Origin: Cercozoa sp. M6MM
Taxonomy: Eukaryota; Protista; Endomyxa: Ascetosporea
DNA: 64,000 bases
Direction: 5' to 3' (one strand)
NCBI GenBank assembly: GCA_040357565.1
Contig: JBDODJ010000050.1
The notes under the pieces are model-generated. The model saw only the letters and a program-made list of their open reading frames with translations. It was not told the DNA's origin and searched no databases. Below are positions 26,134 to 40,195 of the stretch, piece after piece. Within the stretch, counting starts at the first letter, position 1, and each line of letters begins with the position of its first letter. A program made the position numbers and the translations under genes.

Positions 26134-26246
26134 GGGTTTTTCGAGGCAAAATCAGAATAAAAGCCCATTTACCCCTTCACCCCGTACATTTAACAACAGT
26201 TTGAGCGCAGTATTTTGAAGGGTTCGGATTTTGCCTCGAAAAACCC
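26134..26246. repeat. Perfect 20-bp inverted repeat at the centre of the RPL41 inverted duplication
   Basis: GGGTTTTTCGAGGCAAAATC at 26134-26153 and its reverse complement at 26227-26246. Confidence 0.9.
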
Positions 26247-26570
26247 ACCGTACCCCACAAATATGGCCAAGAGACTTCTGCGGGATAGATACGGACAAAG
26301 CCGAGTACGGCCCAGCAACAACTCACAATGTACAAAACATGAACAGCGACAAAACTGAAGAATTTCTTTGAGTTATTCTAATTTATGATCATGCTGTATA
26401 ATATTTTTGAGTTTTTGGTATTCAGTTTGTAGCAACACAACGTTTTTGAAGCTAGACAACGACACTTAGGCATGCCGAAGAGACGAGAAAGCAGCCGGCG
26501 CGCATTCGCGTCTAAAGAATATCAAAATACACGTGGTAACATAACACGCACGTGTAGTTCACACGAAAAA

Positions 26571-26648
26571 TGCAGCTCAGACAGTACTGGTAATATATCT
26601 TCATGAGTTTTTCTCAGAAGCAGAACTGAAGGTTGTCATCAAAGCAAA
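26571..26648 (-). ncRNA. C/D box snoRNA, SNORD38/snR61-like, copy 2
   Basis: Reverse complement matches copy 1 from TGATGA through the D box CTGA, while the flanking intron sequence has diverged. Confidence 0.88.
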
Positions 26649-26733
26649 AGCAAAAAACCGAAAATACAAGGGATCATAGACGAGATTACCAGCTGACCTT
26701 GCCGCCAGAACGACACGCTTGAGCACCTCACAT

Positions 26734-26811
26734 CTAGCCCGAACGAGCGCGGCGCAATCTGCGCTTGCGCTTCAGACGGCGCATACGCTTCTTCTTCCAC
26801 TTGGCGCGCAT
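26734..26811 (-). CDS. RPL41: 60S ribosomal protein L41 (eL41), copy 2
   Basis: 78-nt CDS identical to copy 1, in inverted orientation. Confidence 0.95.
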   Translation of the reverse strand: MRAKWKKKRMRRLKRKRRLRRARSG

Positions 26812-27281
26812 GTTTGCTGCGCACAAAAGTTAGGTTGGACAAGCACCGCCAAAATGGGCTGCAAGCCCCGCACACACGAGACACAGCACACAGCACAAGC
26901 ACACACAAGCACACAGCGCACAACACACACTGCAATATGCAACGATACGCAAAGATGTGTGCAGCGCACTCAAGAGCAAGCAGCCGAACACACGTCGTGT
27001 GTTGACCGCATGCTCAAGGCAGGCACACCGAGCGGCAGCCGCAAAAAATGGCAAGCGGGAGAAAACACCCAACAAGCCTCAACACGGACCCAACTCAATC
27101 AGGTTTGAGCGAACTTACTTAGGAAAAGTCGAAACAAACAAGTTTGTGAGTGTGGGGGGTTTGTATCTATCTCGTATGGGTCCGGCACTCCGGCGTCTTG
27201 CTTCAGTCCAAATGGACGCAAAAATAAGGCAATCAGTTTGACCGGTCGCAGCGGCACAGCAGGCATAGTGGCAACGTGTAA

Positions 27282-29093
<1,812 letters not shown>

Positions 29094-29930
29094 GTGCGTC
29101 TCTATCTAACTCGCATCCGTGACACCCTCGACTGTGCTACTCGACTGGTCCTAGTACAGTCCGAGTCGGCTGTCCGTGTCGTGTTTTTAGCTTTATCTAT
29201 TCCGCTAACGTTCCCTCAGTTCGTAGTCTGGTCCTATCCTAAGCAGACGGTAGACATGACCATGCTTTTCACCTTCAATTTTACATCGTTGGTTTCTTAG
29301 TAGTCAAGCCATCCACTTGACTACTCGTCAGCGCGGACGACGCGATCAACTGAAATTTGGACCCAATATGGTTATGGAAGGATTTGTTTTGCTAGGTATC
29401 TCCTGCGTTTCGTCCTGTGTTGTGCAGACCCGGTTTCCTAGCTTGGGTCAAGCTTTCTACAGCTCTTGCACTTTACTGCAGGTAGCTCTTCTCCAGCTTC
29501 CTTCCACGAAGATTTCAATCTCTTTGCACTTGATACGTTCAGCCGTGATAATGCATGGGCTTTGTTAATGGCCTTCTACAAGCCTTCGGGCTATCGAAGA
29601 CCTGTTTTACAAGGTACAATGAATCTTACAATCCTCCGCGTCTTTCAAAACAGGTTGTACTTCCTTTAGCCTTCTTCAATACCTTATACCGTGCCGTAAC
29701 AGGCTATGGCTTCAGGTTGACCCCGGAGTGAGTCCGGTCCCTCCAGTCACGGTGACGTCGGGTTCCTTCACTTGCAGTACTTACAGTAACAGCGTACGTA
29801 GTACCAAGTTGGCCTAAAACAGATGTACTGGGGAATCTGAACTTCCGCTCTTAAATCAGAGGGGGGCTAGGGTGAACAGTTTAGTTGACTGAAACAACTA
29901 TACAGAAGTATGCCGGGGGGAGGAGGGGGG

Positions 29931-30190
29931 TTAAAGTGCGAGCGACTCGGAGTGCAGCAGAAGCACGGTGGCCATGAGAGCCATCGCGAGTCGCAGCGAC
30001 ACCGCAAAGCTGCTGTTGGCGTACTGGATCGTGAAGGACAGCGTGCCGGTGCCGTTGCCAGCACCACCGCCGTCGGAATTCGGGTTGCATACGATCACTT
30101 CGGGCGACTGCGCCGTGTGCTCCAGCACGCGGACATTAGGGTGTGCATGCTATGCGTAGTGGATCACATATGTGCGTCGCATATAAAACT

Positions 30191-30240
<50 letters not shown>

Positions 30241-30720
30241 ACCACCACCACCACCACCGGCACAACTAAGTTTACGCAATTGTACCGAGCGACCGTCCAG
30301 TGACGAGATGCTCACCGAGCAAGGCATTGTCGCATTCAACTTGATCTGTCGGGATAGCGGCAAGGAAGTTAGTATGCCAAGCCACTAAACTTAAGAGGTA
30401 CAGGAAGATCTGTAGCTCGATACATAAAAGTCAGTGTCAGACGTCAGCGGTGGCTGTCCAACTTTGTCCACGAGATAAACCGGTCTGCACTCGCCTCTGC
30501 ACTTTTCGGAAGGTTAGCTTCGTCTCAGCAATGTCATTAAATGAAAGAACGAGTGATTATTTGCTTACGGTGCAAGTTCGAACACGGGCGAGGTTTTCTG
30601 AAGGTGATGATTGGAGGTGCATGTTACGCAGAGGCACTCAGTCAAGGTATCGATACCACTGCGTCGGTTGGCTCATCGAGCGCGTAGTCCTCACGCGAGA
30701 AACCATTGGGCCCTAAGAAA
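29931..30720 (-). CDS. Possible GPI-anchored or surface protein, 3' exons only
   Basis: Last exon ends ...NGTGTLSFTIQYANSSFAVSLRLAMALMATVLLLHSESLAL* (small residues then a hydrophobic tail). The preceding intron carries (CA)n(CAC)n. Confidence 0.3.
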
Positions 30721-31340
30721 ACAGACGAGCATCCCCTCGGACTTCAAGTTCCGAAGTTTATATTTATAGGCTAAGTTCAACTTCACATACTGTTCTCGGC
30801 TGTCGCAATAGTACACAACTTCAGCACCACCAAGAGCAACATCGTTCTCATAAATGACGTTCTTTATCCTGACTTGTATCGCTTCCTACCTTGACGTAAG
30901 TTTAGTGTACTACAGCGGTCGAACGGGAGAGAACTGCGTTTCTTCTTCCCGAGGTCCGAAGACCCAGAGCCCGAGACCCGCAGTTTCAGTCAGTATAAAC
31001 TGTACTCACTGAATCAAATGTACTAAACTATCAGCGATAGCGCTGGTACTGGTGTCTTGGCGAAGGCCACCCACACGACCAGTCACGGTGTCCCAGTTGC
31101 AATTTCACTGCGTTCGACTTCCTTCTTTTGGCCGAGCCGAACGGAACAAACGAGAAACTGCGGACTGAGAGATTGGCATGTGGGGGCAACATTAAATTTA
31201 AACTACATCGCATCATCGCGTCCGTCGGCGACATCATGATCGGTCTGGTTGGGTCGATCAGGTCGCAGAAACACCCGTAACCCAATCGGGTCCGAGTAGT
31301 GTCGTGTGTCGTGTGTGTGATAGAGCGAAATTGAGCGAGA

Positions 31341-33535
31341 TTAGAGCGCGCGCGAGAAGGACTGAATGCCCGTGATGGCGCGGCCCAGAATGAGAGCGTG
31401 CACATCGGCCGTGCCCTGTGGTGTAGACACAGGATGCCAAGATGTGGGTCCACTATGGTACAGTGTGCACAGGCAGTGTACCTCATAGGTGTTGACAGTC
31501 TCGAGGTTGCTGGCATGACGAATCACGTGGAACTCGTCGACGATGCCGTTGCCGCCGAGCATGTCGCGAGCAGCGCGCGCAATCTCGAGCGCCTTGACGC
31601 AGTTGTTGCGCTTGAGCAGCGAGATGGCCGTCGGGTGCAGTGTGCCGGCGTCCTTCTGCCGCGCCGCTTGCAGACAGGCCTCCTTGCCCAGTGCAATCTC
31701 GCTCATCATGTTGGCCATCTTGAACTGCGGCAACTGGAAGGCCGCCAGCGGCGCGTCGAACTGCTGCCGCTCCAGCGTGTACTCACGCGCGCGCTCCAGA
31801 CAGTCCTCGGCGGCGCCCAGCACGCCCCTGCGTTGTACACACAGAAACTTGATACAGAGGGTGAGAATAGGGGGTGCATACAGGGTACATACATGGTATA
31901 TAGGAAATACAAGTAGGTGTATGGGCATATATAGGCAGTGCATATAGGCAGTATATATGGGCAGTATATTTAGGCAGTAGGTGCAAGGTACATACGAGAA
32001 TGTAATAGGAATACAGGGATACAGCGGACAGCAAAGAGAGGTACCAAGCAATGCCGAAGCGAGCGTTGTTGAGACAGGAGAAGGGACCCTTGAGCGAGCG
32101 CACGTTGAGCATGTTGGCCACAGGGACGCGCACTTCGTCCATCGCGATCTGGCCGGTAATGGAAGCGCGCAGCGACATCTTGCCCTCGATTTTGGGCGTC
32201 TCCAGACCCGCCATGCCTCTGCAGGGACAGTTATCGTCCTACCCCCTCTACCCCTCCAACAGTTGTGTACCGCTCAAGCACAAAGCCGCAGATCGCGTCG
32301 TCCTGATCGTCGGCCTTGGCCCACACGACAAAGACGTCGGCGATCGGTGCGTTCGTGATCCACGTCTTGGTGCTGCGCAGCAAGGTCTCTTGCTTCTTTA
32401 CCCCCCCTCTTTACCCCATAACCCTGCCTACCCGGAGAGGACGTAGTGGTCACCATCGCGCACGGCGCGCGTCTTCATCGATGACGGGTCGCTGCCTGCG
32501 CACAGGTAGGTTCATAGGGATAGGTACAGATAGACAGGTACAGATGGACAGGTACAGATAGACAGGTACAGATAGACAGGTACAGATGGACAAACAGGCA
32601 GGTACAAAGGTACCAGCATCAGGCTCGGTGAGGCCAAAGCAGCCGATGAGTTCGGCCGTGGCGAGACGCGGCAGCAGGCTGTCCTTGAGCTTCTCACTGC
32701 CAAAGGCGTGGATCGGGTGCATCACCAGCGACGACTGCACCGACATGGCCGAGCGGTAGCCACCTAGATAACACACACAGGCATACACCAACGCTCCTTG
32801 TGTATACACAGAACACAAACTGTACTGTCAACACGCTCGATCTCCTTGGCCACCAGGCCGTAGGCAACCGACGAAGCATTGGCACAGCCGTACTTTTCCG
32901 GCAGCGTGCAGCCCTATCAAAAGCAATCCCCAAAAACTGAAACACTTATCTTTGCACTCACTAAACTGGACATACCAGAAGTCCAATCTCGCCCATTTCC
33001 TTCATGATCTGTTCGCAGACAATTCATGTACAAAGCACAAAACGTGGATGCCCAGTGTCTCAACAGCTCACCTCAACATGGAAGTGTTCCTTGCGAGTCG
33101 CTTCGATCACACGCGGCAGCAAAGAACTGCGTTTTTTTTTTCAATTTCCAAAAATCAAAGCAAAGCAGCCTGTATCAAAAAGCAAGCAATGAAACGCACC
33201 TCTGAGCGTAGTCTGCAGCTGCATCACGGATAAGACTCTCCTCTGAAGACAGCCGAGACTCGATATCGAAAGGGTCGCGCCAGTCAAAAGGCTGCATATC
33301 ACAAACACAATGAAAATGCCACATTCTTCCAATGACGAGAAACTCCAAAACAACAAAAAAGTGCAGATATTCAATATGCTCTCTCGTTAGCATTCACGGT
33401 AAAGCACATGCAGCACAGGTAGGTGGCTCAAAACAAAGGTAAGTTAGACGGACACGATGTGCAACGTACCGCCAGCGCAAAGGCACGCGACTGCAGAGTG
33501 CGGCACGCCGACTTGCTCGCTCGCTTGACAAACAT
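31341..33535 (-). CDS. GCDH: Glutaryl-CoA dehydrogenase, mitochondrial
   Basis: [102 protein letters not shown]. Confidence 0.96.
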
Positions 33536-33798
33536 CTCCTCTTGTCTTCCAGCACGTGACTCTCAAACCAGACCAAGGTCCTAGCACTAGGTGGCACACG
33601 CTTGTACCGCTGCTATGAGGTTGGAATCGCGAGTCGAGCATTATAGGAGTGCCGAAAAAACTTTAATTTACGGGAGCAGATTTGGACGAAAGGACGCCTG
33701 GTCCGCCCGGACGGGCAACCGGAAAAAACAAAAGCGCATTCACACACTCTTTTGGTTTTTTGCCTTGTGTTACCTAGCCGAGAGGGCCCCGTATCACA

Positions 33799-34529
33799 AT
33801 GGTGCGCATGGGTAAGTCAGCCGCTCGTCTGTGCATTTTTCGCGTTCTTGCCGAATTTTGCTCGCGCTTGCTGTTTTCGTGTGCGCGCAAGCATGCGTGT
33901 GTAATGTGTAGGACGTAACTACCGCAACTGCTCCAAGACGTACAAGACGCCGCGTCGTCCGTTCGAGGAGGGCCGCCTGAAGGCTGAGCTCAAGCTCTGC
34001 GGTGAGTACGGCCTCAAGAACAAGCGCGAGATCTGGCGCGTCCAGCTCACGCTCGCTAAGGTGCGTTTGGCTGAGTTTTTTGTGTGCTGGTGTTTCCGCA
34101 GGTCTGTTTTGTGTAATTTCATTGCTGGTGTTTCCGCAGGTCCGTAAGACGGCCCGTCAGCTTCTGACGCTCGACGAGAAGGACGAGAAGCGTCAGTTCG
34201 AGGGCGCCGCCCTTCTGCGCCGTCTGACGCGCCTCGGCATCCTCGGTGAGGAGGAGCAGCGTCTTGACTTCATCCTCGGTCTCACGATCGAGAAGTTCCT
34301 CGACCGCCGCCTGCAGACGATCGTGTTCCGCAAGAACCTTGCCAACTCGATCCACCACGCGCGCATCAAGGTCAAGCACGGCCACATCAAGGTCGGCAAG
34401 CGCGTCGTTGACGTGCCGTCCTTCATGGTCCGCACGGACTCGGAGGGCCTCATCACCAACGCCAAGCGCAAGGCGGGCCGCGTGAAGCGCCGCACGCTCA
34501 AGGCTGGCGGTGCCGCTGACGAGGAGTAA
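33799..34529 (+). CDS. RPS9: 40S ribosomal protein S9 (uS4), 2 introns
   Basis: [52 protein letters not shown]. Confidence 0.97.
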
Positions 34530-35179
34530 GGTGCCTTGGTCTTTCGTTTATGCTTGTTTACACTCTTGTACACTCTTGTCTTTGCCTGCGCAGCGAGTGA
34601 CGCAGTAAACCACGTTCCACGCCAATCTTTAAACCAAAGAACTCTTAAACCAACCCGATGGAAATCGCCAGTCCGACCATTGTTCGGAGCGTGCATGGGA
34701 TGATCTGCGCTGTGGCAACACGCGCCTGATCGCTTGACCATGTTTTTCACCTCACTTCTCACCCTTCCGCGGGTGTGCTGGTGATTCCTTAGTCAGTCAG
34801 TTCTCAAACCGCCAGTTCTCAACAAACCTCGGGACCAACATACACTGAACATTCTACTATGCGAAACGCAAAATATACCGAAATCCTTGGTTCGTTGCTG
34901 TGGTTTTCGGCCATGCGGGGTTTGTTCAGTCGGTTGCCGAGTGCGAAAAGCCCTTACGTGATTGGTTCTGTGGCAGAGCCGAAAACGCTTTGTGCTCCTG
35001 AAAGTGAAGCACACGTTGCTTCTTCCAAAGTGTGCTCGAAAGAGAATGAGTTGCAGCTAAAAGGCGAGCTCCGCGCAATCACCTGCTGTATCCGTGAACG
35101 GGCTATTTTCAGCGACGGTCTCTTCTTTTTCTCGCACTGGAACTGAGTAAATACCTTTCTGCGCACAGACTGGTTCACG

Positions 35180-36335
35180 ATGGCCGCTTCAATCGAAAAG
35201 ATATATGATGTGGCTCGTTTTGAAAGAGAGCAGCTGGACGAAGCACCTGATCAGCGCGAACGAAGCAAAGAACTGGGTCGAGCTCAAGGTGTTCATACGC
35301 TATGGGTAGTGTACACTTCCTGGTGTTTCTGTGTATGGCCGATGGCTTCGAGCTTAAGCTTTGACAGGATCAAGAAAGCTCCCAGCCGGCAACGATGGCA
35401 GTGGTCGAAGAAGGCAAACTGAATGTCATACTGCGCATGCTAGTGCAAGTCTCTGCTGCACTGCGCACGGTACGCAGTCTACAGGCCGAAAAAGCCAGCG
35501 CAGCAAAGTTCCATGACGTTGCGGAAGAATCGCGCTCTGGGGTGAGTGACTCAAGCTTGTTCCCAACTGCACATAGCGCAAGGGGCGAGTTGCGACGTTC
35601 CTACCGAGGCTACAGCTGCGGCTACCACATCGACGGCCAGCACGTGCAGCAGAGTGCCGAAGTAGCAGCGGCACGACGTGGCACGAGTGAGCGCGAGGTA
35701 TACCTCACAGCCTCTCGAATGGAAGAGCACCTCTCGCACCTTCTGCGCAACTGCATCGCACACATCGAGGCTTTGCAGTTGCTGGACAAACGCCTTCTGC
35801 TTGAGCACTGCCAAGCCGTTTTCAGTTTCTTTCTCGACCACGATGCGCGTCACTACACCAATAAAACTCGCAGCAAAACCGACGCCGACAGCAGCAAAAG
35901 CAGGACGGCTTTCAAACTGCAACGCATCTTTTTTACGATGGAACTCTTGGACACTTGTATGCGGCAAGTCGACGAATTAGACGAAGATGTGATGGTGCAG
36001 CACCTGCAAGACCTCGAGTTGCCTGCCACTACGTGCGAACTGCTGACGTGCTGGCATGCCTTGCTGCCTGACGTTGTGCTCTTGAACGGCTGCGCTGTCC
36101 TTGCTGCCTTCTTTCAAACCGAGCACTTTCTGTCCCATTCGGTATTGACATGTCTTGTCCTCTGCATTTGTTGTACAGCTTGTAAGCGCAGAATGACATG
36201 ACAACTGCGGAATTCCGAAGCTACTGTGTCCAGATGCCAGAGCTGTTTCTGTCGCGCGTCGCTGCCAGTGCAAAATCCAAACGTCGTGTTCGCGGCCTGC
36301 TGCAAATGATTCGCAAGTGGCGTCGCTCTGTGTGA
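35180..36335 (+). CDS. Uncharacterised helical protein
   Basis: ATG 35180, a long middle exon and GT-AG introns, TGA at 36333-36335. Confidence 0.55.
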
Positions 36336-36549
36336 ACTGAGTGACTCTCCCTCCCTCGCCTGCTGCGGGGTTACGTTAGTTAGGTTAGTCCGGACGAACT
36401 GAAAGGCAGACACGATGAGATCTAGACTAGCCATGCATTTAAGTTTTAGTTTTAGTTTTCGTATGTTAGTTTGGTCGTAGTATTGCAATCTATGGTGCAA
36501 TCGATGCAATGCAAGGTCTGACATTGGCAACGCAGCGCAGTGCCGAGTT

Positions 36550-37028
36550 CTACTCAGGCACTTGGTTTTCGTCGGCGCCCTCCTCTTGCTCCTTTTGTTC
36601 CCGTGCTTCTCGGTCGCGCATCTTTTGCCGAATTCGGTCCATGCGGCGCACCATCTGCGAGTTCGGAACGCCAACTTCCTCGACGTGCTTCTCCATGTAC
36701 AAACCCGTGACGCTACTCAGTGGAGACACAGCACAACACATATTGCACAGTCAACCAACAAAACGACAACCACTACAGTAAGCAATTGCAGACAACTTAC
36801 AACGTCCTGTACATCAGAAATGAGAGCAAACTGAAGCCGAGAATGACGACGAATCTACGCTCTAAAAACCAAGAACATCATCTGACAGCAAGAATAAAAA
36901 CCCAACGTACGTCCGGATGGGTTTCGCAACACATTCTGAAACCCGGTAGAGGGCTTGCCTGTCTCCCTGGACAAGACACAACATTGAATTGTCGGTCAAG
37001 TCTCAGTGGACAAAAACTTAGCTTACAT
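36550..37028 (-). CDS. Small putative single-pass membrane protein; frame of 5' exons uncertain
   Basis: FVVILGFSLLSFLMYRT spliced to a charged tail, MEKHVEEVG...EQKEQEEGADENQVPE*. Confidence 0.35.
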
Positions 37029-37237
37029 GGCTAGGTTGCCTTTTGCGGTGATAAACTGAAGCCAACTAAGTGCTTGAAGTGCAGTAGCGTTGCAAACGAG
37101 TGCTGCTGTGTAGTCCGATCAGTCGAATAATTCCGGTCCCATCAACATTCACTCCCAGTCAAGTCAGTTGACCAATGTGTCTCAAGTCCGGCAACCGGGG
37201 CAGCGGTTAAGAACGGATTCATTAAAGCTTGTATCAA

Positions 37238-39821
37238 CTACTTGCCGCGTGCAAAGAAAGACATTAGGTTGCCCTGGCGTGCCTTAGTCTTTTTGGTTTT
37301 TGGCTTTTTCGCGGGTGGCTGCTTGGCGCTGCTGCTGCTGTTGCTGTTGGAGTTCTCCTTGGCCTGTCGAGCACGCTTGCTGCCGACCTCGGCCTCGGCC
37401 TCGTCGTCAGTGACCTCGACTTCCTCCGTCACTGCGAAAGCAACACAGTTGAGGTGAAAGTTGAGTTGAGTTGAGGTGAAAGTTGAGGTGAAAGTTGAGG
37501 TGAATGTTGAGTTTTCCGCACCTTCAAAGCCGTCTTCATCAACGCGCTTGACCTGCACGATCTTGGTGCGTTTCTTCTGCGTGATCTTGGTGTTGCCGCC
37601 AAAGAAGGTGCTGCGACGCTGCTGCAGCACTCGCTGCTTGGCCGCCTCGCGCTCCTGCTTCTCGCGACGCCGCAGCTCGGCCTTGCTCAACTGCGACAAC
37701 AACAACACCCACCAGTCAACGCAGCAAACAAAGCAAAAGCAAAGCAAATGCCGAAGTAGACTCAAAGCATAGCCAAGCAAGCAAAGCCAAAAGGAAAGCA
37801 AAGCTGAAGTGAAGCAAAAACAAAGCCGAAGCAAAGCAAAAACAAAGCTAAAGCGAAGCAAAAACAAAGCTAAAGCGAAGCAAAAACAAAGCTAAAGCGA
37901 AGCACAAACAAAGCTTAAGCAAGCGAATTACTTGAGGTTCCTCGTCGATTTCGTCGTCATCAATCACTGCGCTTTCGCTTTCGCCGTTCGCGGCGAATTC
38001 GTCCTCGTCGCTTTCGTCATCGTCGCTGATCATGCGTTTGCTCGACTGCGTTTTCTTCGCCTTCTTCGTTCGGACGCTCTTCTTCTTTGCTATTCTCTTT
38101 CGCACAGCAGGCGCTTCCTCCTGCTCCTCATCGAGGAAATCGTCATCGTTCAGCGCTGCCAGATCGTCCTCGACCGCGTCTTCGTCGCCCACATCGAACA
38201 CCGAGTCTACCCACTTACACTCAACATCAAGCGAAACAGCGAAGTAAAGCAAAACAAGCCAAAGCAAAGCAAACTAAAGCAAAGCCAAAGCAAACTAAAG
38301 CAAAGCTGAAGCAACAAAGCTAAAGCAAAGCAAAGCAAAGGAAAGGAAAGCAAAGCAAAGCGAAAGCAAATCAAGCTAAAGCAAAAGCTAAAGCAAAAGC
38401 AAAGCAGAAGCGAAAGAAAGCTAAAGCTAAAGCAAAGCTAAAGCGAAAGCAAAGCTAACGCGAAAGCAAAAGCAAAGCAAAGCCGAAGCAAAAGCAAAGC
38501 GAAAGCCGAAGCAAAAGCGAAAGCGCACCGTCGCACAGCATGGGATCGGCAGCCAGGTCGTCGTTCGGCTCATCGTGCAGCGGCTCGTCGAAGCAGTCCT
38601 CGTTTTCGTCCTCGTCCTCCTCGTCGTCCATGTAGGCCAAAGCAGCGCGTGTCGCCTGCTCCTTCTGCTCCTGCTCCATGAGTTTCTTCTGCTTTGCTTT
38701 CGCAGCAATCTGCTTGGCACTCTGGCTTCGCTTCTTCCTGGTCGTCGCGGCCGCAGCTTTCTTGTTTTTCGCCGGCGCTGCTTTGAACATTTCGGCGACC
38801 GTGGCGGCTTTTTTCGTCTTTCGCTCTTTCTTGGGCGATTTGGACAGCGACTTGGACAGCGATTTGGACAGTGTTTTGGACGGTGTTTTGGACAATGTCT
38901 GCTTGGACTGCGACTTGGACTGCGCAAGCGTGTGCGTGGCGTGCATCTCGTCCATGCGCATGAACTTGCCACTGCGCTGCCGCGGATTGCTGCGTCGCTC
39001 AGCATTCACAAGCGACGCCGCTCGCAGCGGCACGAAGCGCTCGGCGAAACTCGCTTCGTCCGTCGCGATGGCACGCTGCTGCGCCGCCATGCTTTCTGCG
39101 AACTGCCGGCCGCGCTTGGCCTGCCAACCAACTCTCTTTCGTCGCAAGCACGCCAAAAGCAAAGCGAAACTAATCAAAGCGAAACGAAGCAAAGCAAAGC
39201 GAAACGAAGCAAAACAAGAGTGAAGCAAAGCATGAGTGAAGCAAAGCAAGTGAAGTAAAGCAAAGCAAAAGTAAAGCAAAGCAAGAGTAAAGCAAAGCAA
39301 AAGCAAAGCAAAGCAAAAGCAAAGCAAAGCAAAGCAAAAGCAAAGCAAAAGCAAAGCCAAGCCAAGCATACACTGTTATCTTCGTCGTCCATCGAGTCGA
39401 TCTCGAGTGCGCGCAGTGCCGTGCGCACGCGCTTCCAGGCACTCGTGCGCTCGGCGAGCTCGCTCTCGCGCAGCACGCTGATGCGCTTCTGGCCGCGATC
39501 GTCCTCGCCGCTCACCTGCAGCAGCTTCTGCCCAAAAAATGCATGTGTCTCATTCCCTGTCTCCCTGTCTCTGTCTCGACTACCACAACACCGTCGCCAA
39601 CGGATTTCTCGGCCAGCAACGACAGCAAGTCACGCGCCTGCTTCAACTGAAGTCCCAGTTCGAGTGCCGTGGTCTTCACCAACACCGGCCCCTTCTGCTC
39701 ACACCAGACACACATACATGTTTAACGAAAGTGACACATTCAAACGGCACACCTGGAGCTTCTCGGCCAGCTTGGCGCCATGCTGTGTCCACAGTGCACT
39801 TGTTTCCACTGCCCCGCCCAT
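37238..39821 (-). CDS. POLD3: DNA polymerase delta subunit 3 (Cdc27/Pol32-like)
   Basis: N-terminal winged-helix-like segment (VLVKTTALELGLQLKQARDLL), low-complexity middle, KKRTKIVQVKRVDEDGFEVTE motif and terminal PIP box QGNLMSFF. Confidence 0.82.
37720..39365. repeat. Degenerate (AAAGC)n satellites filling three POLD3 introns
   Basis: AAAGC/AAAAGC/AAGCT arrays at about 37720-37930, 38235-38525 and 39150-39365. Confidence 0.9.
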
Positions 39822-40195
39822 GTCCCGTGTGCGGCCCGAAAACGTCGCAGATCAAGTGCACGCTGCTGTCGAAAGAAAGCGGGAGACTCTGCTCTGAACG
39901 ACAAAGTGTTGGTGGACCACTGATTTTTGTTCTAACGCACACTTAATTATTAACAAAGCACGCCCGCGCTCAACGGAAACCCAATTTATGTGGTTGTATG
40001 AAGTGCCGCACCATGTTATTTGTTTCTGGACCCATTTAAACTGACTAAAACGCAAAGAGAGCTGGTCGAGACGAACTTCGGGCTTTTTGGCGGGTCGGCG
40101 TGGGTACCCAGCGAGTCCAGAACGAGCTAATAAAATAACGGTGCAAGTAACTCACTTGAACGTCAAAGACGGCAGTAGACACACTGATACATACA

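Noticed and set aside
32384-32440. Apparent non-canonical (CT-AC) intron in GCDH
   Set aside because: Re-phasing gives a normal minus-strand GTAGGC...GCGCAG intron that restores YVLSGTKTWITN.
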